DNA from: a virus
Taxonomy: Duplodnaviria > Caudoviricetes
Virus record (IMG/VR): IMGVR_UViG_3300031853_000019
Coordinates: 18,749 to 82,748 of that record
DNA: 64,000 nucleotides
Direction: 5' to 3' (one strand)
A program made the position numbers and the translations under genes. Each line of letters begins with the position of its first letter. The first letter of the stretch is position 1. Positions 32,955 to 43,400 of the stretch are shown here, piece after piece. A model generated the notes under the pieces. That model was not told the origin of the DNA, searched no databases, and saw only the letters and a program-made list of their open reading frames with translations.

Positions 32955-33545
32955 ATGCAGAGAAACGCACTATTACCGCCAATACAATCTTCGTTTCTCT
33001 CTTGCGAAAAGGATACTGAAATAATTTTGAATAAATTATTTGTAGAAAGTAAGCCTTATAGTAATTGGTTAAAAAGATTGTTGGTTATTAATACACCTGA
33101 CTGTTTAGATAAACAAATTATTAAATATGATAAGATTGTTGATGAAATTACAATCAAAGATTTAATTGATCAGCAGTATTTGCGTACTACTCCTAGACTC
33201 GAACTTTCAGAGCATGAGGATGTACAAAGTTATATTTTATTGACTTTTGATAATTTTACAACAAATGCTGTCAATCCTAGATTTAGAGATTGTACAGTTA
33301 ATTTTGATATTATTTGTAATACTAAACAGTGGGAATTAGAAGATTTTAGAACAAGACCATTAATGATTGCGGGATATATAGATGGCATTTTAAATTTTAA
33401 TAAACTGTCTGGTGTTGGAGAGTTTTTATTTTTAGGATGCCAAGAATTAATATTAGATGAAAACTTAGCGGGTTATACTCTAATGTATGAAGCAGTTCAT
33501 TTTACAGAAGATGATGCTAAGTTGGAAGAGTTATCTAGTAAATGA
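32955..33545 (+). CDS. Putative tail terminator / completion protein
   Basis: VNFDIIC..RP..IAGYID pattern; synteny before tail tube. Confidence 0.5.
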   Translation: MQRNALLPPIQSSFLSCEKDTEIILNKLFVESKPYSNWLKRLLVINTPDCLDKQIIKYDKIVDEITIKDLIDQQYLRTTPRLELSEHEDVQSYILLTFDNFTTNAVNPRFRDCTVNFDIICNTKQWELEDFRTRPLMIAGYIDGILNFNKLSGVGEFLFLGCQELILDENLAGYTLMYEAVHFTEDDAKLEELSSK

Positions 33546-34336
33546 GAAAAAAATCTGTAGTGGCTAGATTAATTCTAGACACTGGAGTTCCAGTACCTTT
33601 CCCCGCAGCTCAAGTGGTTATATCTCAACCTACTATTGAAGAAATAGGTATGATTGGTGGAGATAATATATTTTTGATGGGTGTTGAAGCTTTGACCAGA
33701 AATTATTTAGCAATTCAGGACAAAGTTGATTTAGGTGACCTGTCAAATTTTGAAATATTTATGAGGGTAATTAGTGAAAAGAATGAAAAAAATTATCAAA
33801 TCGCTCATGCGGTTGAAGAAGTTTTATTTTTAATATTTCCTAACTACCGAGTAGGTTTTACTCCAGCATCTATAATGCTACAAGAGGAAAGTGATGAAAA
33901 TAAAGCAATTCATATTATAGATAAGAATAACTTTGATGATTTTACTTTAATTCTAAATGATATATTTTGCTTAGATGAAATTAAAGGAGTAAATAATGAT
34001 GACTATAATCCAATGGGTGACCGTGCAGCGGCGTTGGTTGACAAATTCCGCAAGAAGCGTGAATTGTTGGCTCAGTTAAGAGCAGAGCGCGGTGAGGATG
34101 ATAATCAATCTATTTATGGTAGATATATTAGTATTCTTGCGGTTGGATTACAAAAAAATAAAAAGTCATTAGCTAAATACTCTGTATATCAACTAATTGA
34201 AGAGTTTAAACGCTTCCAATTAAAAGAAGCTTTTGACTATACAATTCAAGCAAAACTAGCTGGAGCAACAAAAATTAAAGATGCCAAAGATTGGATGACT
34301 GATATCCGCTTTGGTGAAGTTGATAATGATGAATAA
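33542..34336 (+). CDS. Hypothetical tail assembly protein
   Basis: 264 aa in tail operon. Confidence 0.6.
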   Translation: MRKKSVVARLILDTGVPVPFPAAQVVISQPTIEEIGMIGGDNIFLMGVEALTRNYLAIQDKVDLGDLSNFEIFMRVISEKNEKNYQIAHAVEEVLFLIFPNYRVGFTPASIMLQEESDENKAIHIIDKNNFDDFTLILNDIFCLDEIKGVNNDDYNPMGDRAAALVDKFRKKRELLAQLRAERGEDDNQSIYGRYISILAVGLQKNKKSLAKYSVYQLIEEFKRFQLKEAFDYTIQAKLAGATKIKDAKDWMTDIRFGEVDNDE

Positions 34337-34362
34337 TAAAATTAATTAAGGAGGAAAACGAT

Positions 34363-35649
34363 ATGAAATTTGGTGTTCGCGAATGCGCTAACATAGTGTT
34401 CAGAGCTAAGACTCCTACTAATATTGGTAAGTATAAGTTTAAGCCTGGACAACCTGTTCTTTATATCGATACAGCTACTACATCTTCTGTTGAGCAGGCT
34501 ACAACAACTGTATATGCTCAGGGTGGTAGAGGTAATGTTCGTCTTGTATCTTGGGAAGGTGAGAAAACTCTTACTTTCACAGTAGAGGATGCTCTTCTTT
34601 CACCTATTTCTCTTGCAATGCTTTCTGGTGCAGATCTGTTCCAGGGTAGTGCAGATGTTCAGAAGGTTCACTTCCACACTACTAGCACTGCAACAATGGA
34701 AGTAGATGCTCAGCATAAAGCTACTATTGATCTTTCTAATGCACTTGGTGCAGCTGAGGATATCTGTGATTCAAACGATTCTCCCGTATATATTATTATC
34801 ACTGAAGGTGATGGTAGTTTAAAGGGTGAAATGATTGAAGGTGCTGTTTCTGTAGTTGCAAAATCTGGTGCTACTGTACATCAGGTTATTGAAATTGCAG
34901 GTGCAAAATTAACTGGTCTGCAAGATTGGGCACAGAGCGAGGCAAGTATTCCTACAACTGATGGATATGTTGATGCAGGTCAGTACACTGTTTTCGTAGA
35001 TTATTATCTTGATAAGAATGCGACTGCTGTTGATGAACTTCAGATTGCAGCTGATAATTTTGCTGGCAACTACTATGTTGAAGCAGATACTCTTTTCCGT
35101 AGAAAGTCTGACGGTGTAGATATGCCTGCTAACTTAACATTCCCTAATGTTAAGATTCAGTCTAACCTTACATTCCAGCTTTCTGGAACTGGTGATCCTT
35201 CAACTTTCACATTTACTATGGACGCACTTCCTGGCTATACTTATTTCGATAAGAGTCGTGAGGTTATGTGTGTAATCCAGGTAATTGAGGATCAGTCTAA
35301 TGCTGATAAGGTTATTAAACCTGTAATGCCTCACAACAAGACTCTTGAGCATAAAGCAGATGAGATTGATGACTCTACATACATTGGTTATGGTGTAGAA
35401 CCTGCAACTCATGATAATAAGAAACTCTTCATTTACGGACCTAAGACTGTTGCAGAAAAAGGAGCAATCACTCTGACTGGAACCTCTGTTCCTAGTGGAG
35501 CGACTGTTACTTGGGCATCAAGTGATACAGAGGTTGCATCAGTAGCTGATGGTGTTGTAACTGGTGTCGCTGCGGGTGAAGCAACAATTACTGCAAGCGC
35601 AGAAGGATATCCTGATGCTACTTACAAGGTAACTGTTACCAAAGCATAA
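34363..35649 (+). CDS. Major tail (tube) protein with C-terminal Ig-like (Big_2) domain
   Basis: High-expression codons; VTWASSDTEVASVADGVVTGVAAGEATITAS is a Big_2 signature; terminator follows. Confidence 0.8.
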   Translation: MKFGVRECANIVFRAKTPTNIGKYKFKPGQPVLYIDTATTSSVEQATTTVYAQGGRGNVRLVSWEGEKTLTFTVEDALLSPISLAMLSGADLFQGSADVQKVHFHTTSTATMEVDAQHKATIDLSNALGAAEDICDSNDSPVYIIITEGDGSLKGEMIEGAVSVVAKSGATVHQVIEIAGAKLTGLQDWAQSEASIPTTDGYVDAGQYTVFVDYYLDKNATAVDELQIAADNFAGNYYVEADTLFRRKSDGVDMPANLTFPNVKIQSNLTFQLSGTGDPSTFTFTMDALPGYTYFDKSREVMCVIQVIEDQSNADKVIKPVMPHNKTLEHKADEIDDSTYIGYGVEPATHDNKKLFIYGPKTVAEKGAITLTGTSVPSGATVTWASSDTEVASVADGVVTGVAAGEATITASAEGYPDATYKVTVTKA

Positions 35650-35684
35650 TAATTTAAAAACAATTTAATATTGATATATATAAT

Positions 35685-35718
35685 GGCGGATGGTGGAAAC
35701 ACTGTCCGCCATTTTTTT
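35685..35718 (+). terminator. Intrinsic terminator
   Basis: GGCGGATGGT-loop-ACTGTCCGCC followed by T run. Confidence 0.8.
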
Positions 35719-35746
35719 TATTATATATAAAAGTAGGTGATTATGG

Positions 35747-36811
35747 ATGGCAGATAGATTTACAAATTTTAAGATTTATAAGGATCTAAGTAAAGTATTA
35801 ACAGACCCAACAAAGAAACTTATTATAAAAGACATAAGTGAATGTAAAAGAGTTATAGAAAATGCAATAGATAAAACTAAAAGATATACAGATGCACAAT
35901 TAGTTAGTTATGGGTTAAAAAAGAGATATGGATCTAATCTTCGTAAGGGGCAAAGGGTAAAACTAAAAGAAGTAACAAATTTATATATGGATGTATATAA
36001 TGCTATAATGTTAACAAGAGAATTTTTCACCGGAGCAAACATTGAATATACTGGAGCAATACTTGAAGATAATACCCAAAAAGTAACCGGTACTTTTACG
36101 GTAAGTAGAGAAGAATTTTTTAACAGTATGAGTTTTTCCAAAGGAAAAGGAAAAGAAGCTAAAGATATTATATTAAAAACGACAAAGCCTTTGGCTGATT
36201 TTAAAGGAAAAATAAAACAAGTTGTAAATAGTGAAACTATTGATACAAGAATAGAAGCATTTAGTGGAAATAAACAAAAAGTATATGACACTTTTGATAA
36301 AATAGTAAGGGAAAGAGTTGGAAATTATGAAGGTATTGGAGGATGGATTTTTGAAGGATTCCAAAGAATGTATTTTACTTCAAAAATTAAAAATGATATA
36401 CAACAAACCAAATTTCTTCTTAATATAGAAAGCGGGAGAATTAAAGATGAAAAATATAATTATGAAAATTATAAAGATTATATTACAAACCTCATAAGGT
36501 CAATACAATCTGCACCCGTAAAAGGTTTTCAAGCTGGTGATGTCAATAATCAACAGTTAAAGAAAGGTAAAGCAAGCTTAGTTTCATCAACTTATTTAAT
36601 TGCAACATTAGATAAATTATTAAATATTTTTAATAATTTAGAGCAAGGATTAGGAACTGAAGCAGAAAAAGGCTTACAAGAAATTTTTACTGCAAATATT
36701 CAGGCTGGTGAATTTATTGATCAAGCAGAAGTTGTAAGAGATCAAGCATCAAAAAGACATATAAAAGAGGTTATAAAATCTATTGATGGAGTGACTTTTA
36801 AAGAGTCTTGA
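35747..36811 (+). CDS. AT-rich Lys-rich hypothetical protein inserted in tail module (moron-like)
   Basis: 354 aa, A-rich codons unlike flanking structural genes. Confidence 0.7.
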   Translation: MADRFTNFKIYKDLSKVLTDPTKKLIIKDISECKRVIENAIDKTKRYTDAQLVSYGLKKRYGSNLRKGQRVKLKEVTNLYMDVYNAIMLTREFFTGANIEYTGAILEDNTQKVTGTFTVSREEFFNSMSFSKGKGKEAKDIILKTTKPLADFKGKIKQVVNSETIDTRIEAFSGNKQKVYDTFDKIVRERVGNYEGIGGWIFEGFQRMYFTSKIKNDIQQTKFLLNIESGRIKDEKYNYENYKDYITNLIRSIQSAPVKGFQAGDVNNQQLKKGKASLVSSTYLIATLDKLLNIFNNLEQGLGTEAEKGLQEIFTANIQAGEFIDQAEVVRDQASKRHIKEVIKSIDGVTFKES

Positions 36812-36836
36812 CATTATATAAAAAATTTTGTATAAT
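36808..36836 (+). promoter_or_regulatory. sigmaA promoter
   Basis: TTGACA-N17-TATAAT. Confidence 0.75.
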
Positions 36837-36869
36837 ATAAATATATAGAGTTAAAAGGAGAAAAATACT

Positions 36870-37370
36870 ATGGAAATTTTTGGTAAAGAAGTTACAATTA
36901 AATCATATCTTCCCGTGGAAGATAAGATCGAGTTGATTCAGCTTGTCCTTCAAGAGTCGAGAAATCTGAATAATACTTTTAATGAAATTAAGTTATCTAC
37001 TTTATTTCCTTTATTTTTAATGTATTATTATACAGATTATGATTTTACAGATGAAGAGAAAGCGGAGCCATTCAAGTTATTTGATAGACTTTACGAAGAT
37101 GGTGTAGTTACTAAATTTTTAGTAGAAATGCCTGCAACAGAATATGACTATTTAAGAGAGAGCTTAGATACTCAAACTGCGCGGGAAGAGGAATATTTAA
37201 ACTCAACGAATTTTATTATTTCAAATCTCTTAGCGCAGTTACCCGCACAGATGGAGCAAGTTGGTCAAATTATTAATAATTTTGATCCAGCAAAGTATCA
37301 GAATGTTATTGATTTTGCAACTGCCGCAAATGGTGGTAGAAACATTAATACCAACAAACCCGCCGAATAA
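36870..37370 (+). CDS. Putative tail assembly chaperone
   Basis: Acidic 166-aa protein directly upstream of tape measure gene. Confidence 0.55.
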   Translation: MEIFGKEVTIKSYLPVEDKIELIQLVLQESRNLNNTFNEIKLSTLFPLFLMYYYTDYDFTDEEKAEPFKLFDRLYEDGVVTKFLVEMPATEYDYLRESLDTQTAREEEYLNSTNFIISNLLAQLPAQMEQVGQIINNFDPAKYQNVIDFATAANGGRNINTNKPAE

Positions 37371-37484
37371 GAATGGTCATTTTTAATTAAAATTATCACT
37401 CCTATAATTATAATATTATAGGAGTGATTTTTTTATTTATAAAAAATCCAAAATGATTCGTGATTATAAAAGGAGGTAAAAGGA

Positions 37485-40400
37485 ATGGCTCAAGGTGGAA
37501 GAATAGATTATACCATTGGGTTTAATGTTGATAAATCTGGGTTACAGAATATTCAAAAAGAGCTGGCAAAGATTAATCAAATGTCAGCTAAAGATATACA
37601 AAAAGTAAATCCTGCTTTAAATGTAAATGAAGCTAAAAGCGTATTAATGAAAGCTAAAATTGCAGCTAATGAAGTTCAAAAAGCGATGCAGGAAGCTTTT
37701 AATCCAACTATTGGTGTTACTAATATAGATAAATTACAATCTTCTTTAAAAAGGTTAAACTTAGCTGAAATTCAAAAAAGATTTTCGGCTATTGGACCTA
37801 CTGGGCAAAAAGCTTTTTTAGATATATCTAAATCTGCTTTAACTACTAATGTTCAGTTAAAACAAACTAGTAAATTAATGGATAAAGTTGGAGAAACTCT
37901 TACCAACACTATTAAATGGCAGTTTTCTTCAAGTATTGTTAATAGATTTATAGGGACGGTTCAACAAGCAGTTGGATATGTTCAACATTTAGATAGTTCA
38001 TTAAATGATATTCGTATTGTAACTGGTAAATCTGCTGATGAGATGGAAGTATTTGCTCAAAGGGCAAATAAAGCAGCACAATCACTTGGTAAATCTACGA
38101 CAGATTATACTGAAGCTTCTTTAATTTACTATCAACAGGGTCTAGCTGATGACGAAGTTGCAGCAAGAGCCGAAACTACTTTAAAGGCAGCTAATGTAAC
38201 TGGACAGTCTACAGCTGCAGTTTCTGAAGAGTTGACTGCTGTATGGAATGGTTATAAAGTAGCCACAGAAGATACTGAGGCAGCTGTTGATAAACTTGCA
38301 GCAGTTGCTGCAACAACTGCATCCGATCTTGAAGAATTATCAACTGGTATGTCTAAAGTTGCATCTGCAGCAAATAGCATGGGTGTTGATATGGATCAAC
38401 TCAATGCTCAGATTGCTACTATTATATCTGTTACTCGTCAAGCACCTGAATCTGTTGGTACAGCATTAAAAACTATTTATGCTCGTATGTCAGACTTAAA
38501 ACTTGGTGATTCAGATGAAGATGGATTAAAATTGGGTGATGTATCCAGCTCTCTTGAAAAAGTTGGAATTAATATTCTTGATGCAAATGGTAATTTGCGG
38601 GAAATGGGAGATGTTATTGAAGAGGTAGCTGGAAAATGGGATACCTGGAATAAGGCAGAACAGGCAGCAATTGCGCAATCCTTAGCTGGTAAAAGACAAT
38701 ATAATAATCTTGTTGCATTATTTGATAACTGGGATATGTATTCCAAAGCATTGGATACATCCCGTAATTCTCTTGGTACTTTACAAAGTCAACAAGACAT
38801 TTATATGGAGTCTACTGAGGCTCATATTCAGATGTTAAAAACTGAATTGGAAGATTTATATGACTCTATTATAGATGAGGATGCAATTAAAGGTGTTTCT
38901 GATGGTTTAAGAAATATATTAAATATTATAACCAATATTGTTGATGCTATTGGAGGCGGAAAAACTTTAATTACTGGAATTATTGCTTTTGTTGGTAGTA
39001 AACTAGGAAAGCAATTAGCTAATACTTTAGCTCCTTTTATTAATAATATACAAAATGCGAAGACAAACGCAGAAGCATTAGCTCAAGTATATAAAAATTT
39101 ACAAACTTATGCAACAGCAAATAGTTTTGGAGATAAAGCTACTGAAGCTATGCGCGAAGTACAAGAAGAAACTTCTCAGTATTGGCATCTAATGTCTGAA
39201 GAAGAAATTAATGCTAGTATGGAAGCGACTCGCGAACTTGGTACATGGGTTCAAAAGCAAGAAGAAGTAAAGAAAACAACTGAAGCTTTAGAGAATTATA
39301 TAGCAGTTGCGGGAACTGCAACTCAAAAAAATGCTCTTAAGCAAGGTGGTCAAATTTTTAATCAAGGTGGAGGAGAAGCATCCTCTCTTAGTGTTGGAGA
39401 AGTAAGTAAAACTGTATTAGAAGAAAAAAATAAAATTGATACTTTAAAGAAAGCATATACAGATCTTGAAAAAGAAATCGAAAAGGTTAATAATAGCAAA
39501 GGATTTATAGGGAATAATGAAGAAGAGTTAAAAGAAGTAAGTAAAAATGTTGATAATTTAAAGAAAAAGCTTACTAGTTTATCAACCGCTCTTAATACTG
39601 TTAAACAAAATAATGAAGGTCTACTTCCCCCAGGTACATTTGAAGACCTTGAAAGAGGTATTGAACAGTTACAGTCTAGACTTGAATCTTTACGTTCTGG
39701 AAATAGACTAATGATACTTTCTGATAATGACCGTGAAGAGATGAAAAGAATTGAAGAAGTATTAAATGAATTAATTGCAAAATATCAAGAATATACTAAG
39801 GTAGTAAAAGAAGCGGCGGAAGCAGAGGATCATGTTAATAGTCTTAGAGGCAAGTTTCAAAATAACAATGAAGAACTTGCTCTTCAAGATAAAATTAATG
39901 GATATAGTCAATTAGTTGGAGCAATATCAAGTTATGCATTTGCTTTACAAAGTTTAACTAATATAGGCTCTATTTTTAATAATGATGATTTAACTGATGG
40001 AGAAAAAATTTTGCAAATAGTGTCAGCTTTAGCTATTGCTATACCAATGCTTGGAGGGGCGTATAAAAATCTTACTTTAGGTTTAAATGCTCTTCTTAAA
40101 GCTAAACAGGCAAATGCAGCTGCATCTGCTGCAAATGCGGTTGCAGATAACGCAGCAAAGAAAGCGTCTAATGGGTGGATTCAAGCAATATTGGGACAGA
40201 CTTCTGCAGCAAAAGGTTTATCTACCGCTTTAAAAGCAGTTTCTATAACTATGATTGCTGTTACCGCTGCGATAACCGCAATCTCTTTTATCTCTAGTCA
40301 ATATAAAAAACATCTTGAAGAAGTTGCCGAAAAAACTGAGCAAACAGCTCAAGCTCAACAAGAAATTGTTGACAAGGCAAAAGAAGAATCAGAGTCAATA

Positions 40401-43400
40401 AATAATCTTCGTAAAAATTATGAAGAATTAAATAGATTGCGTGATGAGAATGGAACTTTTACAGATGAACAGAAGCAAAAGATTAATGATCTTTTAAAAT
40501 CATATGACGATGAACATTTAAAAGTTTTAGCTTTAGTTGAGGATTATGATGAACTCCAAAGGGCTATTAGAGAAGCGAATGCTGAAAAATTAAAAACTTT
40601 AGGAGAAGGACAAGAAGAATTACTAGAAGATGAGTTTTTAGTTTTACAAGCTAAGATAGATGAAAATAAAGGTGGAATTGGTGACATAATTAAAGCAGAC
40701 ATGGCAGGTTCTGCATATAACCTAGCATTAAAGTATAACAAAGATTTAGAAGTTAATACAAAATTAGGACAAAATTATTTTAAAGATTTACAATCTCAAT
40801 TAAATCCTGAAGATTTTAAAGCGTTAATTCAAGATTTAAAACAAACATATCCTGAGTATGTAGAGATTTTAAACGATATTTACACTGCTGCAGAAGGTGC
40901 TCAAAAAACTTCTAAAGATTTTGCTATACAAGAATTTTTATCTGATAAAGATATAAAAAACGTACAAGAGTATGATAATGCAGTAGAAGATGTTGCCAAA
41001 ATAAAAGTTGATGGGCAGGAAATTGGTAAAGAGTATGCTAGATCTTTCTTAGCGGGAGAATATGAAGAATTTTCTGTCGGCTCCAAGCAAAAAGAAGAGA
41101 TTGCTGATATACTTGGAGAAGATTTATTTAACCAAATTCAAAATAAATATGATTCATATACAGAAGACCAAAAGAATTTCTTATATAGTAATGCACAGTT
41201 AGCAGCAGATATAGGAAATGTCGATAAATTTTGGGATTTATATTCTGCAAGGAAAGAAAATCAAGAGAGTATTTCTTTAGTTGAAGGCTATTTAGATAAA
41301 ACAGAGTTAAAAGATGATGATATTAATGCTCTTTTCAGTAATGCAAGCTTCGCAGATAGTTTTGGTTATACTCAAGAAGAATTTACAGATATGTCTCATA
41401 GAGAGCGAATGAATGCACTTGATGAATATTATACCGAAAGTTTTAAGAAAGAACAAGCATATCAACAATTAGTGCAAGATGGCATCAATAAAACTGGAGA
41501 AGAAGTTCAACAAAAGCTTAATGAAGAGAGACAAGCCTTTGATAAAAACATTGAGGACTTTCAAGCATATCTAAGTGAAGAATTTGGAGAGAAATTTGCA
41601 ACAAAAATTTATAATGATCTTTTTAATAATGAAGAAGTTTTTAATGCTTTTAATAAAAAGGTTAATCATGAAAAATTAACAGACGAAGAAAAACAAGTTT
41701 TAAAAGATGCTGATTTAGATAGCATTTTAAATCCAATTCGGTATAAAAAAGCTCAAAAGGCACTCGAAAAATATAAAGAGACTACTGGTCAAACCGGAAA
41801 AACTATTAAATCTGTTACAAAAATTACAGATAATTTTGCAGCGAGCCAAGAAGAATTAGAAGGAATTTTAAAGAATAATACATCTGCAGCATTTAAAATG
41901 AATGCAATGATGAAAAATCAAAAGAATAAGATTAAAGAATTAAATGCTGAAATAGATGATATTCAATCTAATTATCAATCTTTACAGTCTATTGTTGAGG
42001 ACTATAATGAAGATGGTTATATTTCTTTAGATAATGTTCAAAAATTAATGGAGATGGACACCAAATATGTAGCCACTCTTAAATTTGAAGGAGACCAATT
42101 ATCTATTAATGATGAGGCTTATCAAAATTTAACTCAAGCAGAAGCTCAAAATCTTAGAATTGAAGCAACTGAACTATTTTTAAAAGAACTTCTTGCGATT
42201 CAAAATGGAGAGACTGCTGCTAGTGCGACGGTATTAACTGCTTCTACTTACGAAACGGCAGAAGCTATGGGAGTGTTAGAGTCTGCAGCAGATAGAACGA
42301 CTAGTTCTTTAGTTAGATTACAACAAGTTCAAGCGGCAATGAAAGTTGATCCAACAGCAACTAAAAATGCTATGCAAGGCTATTTAAATAGACTTGCTAT
42401 GATAGATAATTTTGCTAATCAACCAGTGGCTAGGGCAATTGGCAGTGGAGGCTCAGGTTCTGGAGGCGGTGGAGGTTCCGAGAAGGATCCTGAGCATGAA
42501 GAGTACCTCGAGCGCGAAGCAGATATTTACCGCACGATTAATGAAGAACTTGAGCAAATTGAATCTACATTAGAGCGTATCCAAAACATTAATGACCATG
42601 AATGGGGCATTGATGCTCAAAAGACTTTAGAGCAAGAAAACAAGTTGTTAGATCAGCAGTTAGAGAAGTTGCAGGAGAAAAAGAAACTGCAAGAGCGTGA
42701 TCTCTCTACCCGCAGAAAACAACTTGAAGATGTAGGTGTTAACTTCTCAGCAGATGGCTCCGCAATGACTAATGCGGAAAGCACCTTGGATGCAATGTAT
42801 GCGCATTATAACTCTATGGTAGATATGTATAATGCTATGTCCGCCGCAGAACAAGAAACCTACAAAGCTAATTTAGAGGCTGAAAAAGATAGAATTGATA
42901 AAGTTGAACAGAAAATTGATGATTATGAATCAACCTTCTCAGATTATCAATCTACTCTTGATTCTTTAATAGATGTTCATTATCAGCAAATTGAAAATAC
43001 TGTTAAACAGTTCAATAATATGGTGGACGTACATCTTGAACTTGATGAAGCTAAAGAGGAATGGAATGACTTCTGGTTTGATGTAGTTCAAGATATTGAA
43101 GATACAGACTTTACAAAGCAAATTGAAAAGAGTGTTAAAAAGCTAGAAGTTTTAATTGGTACTACTTTAAGTAATACTGATAGCGAAGTAAGTATTTTAA
43201 CAAATCATTTGCTTGAAACTGTATCTGAAGTACAAGATCAAATTGCATCCGCAAATCGTGGCGGAGAAGCAAGTATCTTCGGTGATGATAGTGCTTTATC
43301 TAAGGAGACTCTTGAGAATTACAGAGATCAATTAATGGAAGCGCTTACTTCCGCAAAAGAGGAGTTAGATAATATATCTGATAGTTATTTAGATATGTTA

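Noticed and set aside
36870-37484. Programmed -1 frameshift in the tail chaperone
   Set aside because: No slippery heptamer or second overlapping ORF between the chaperone stop and the TMP start; a terminator-like hairpin lies there instead
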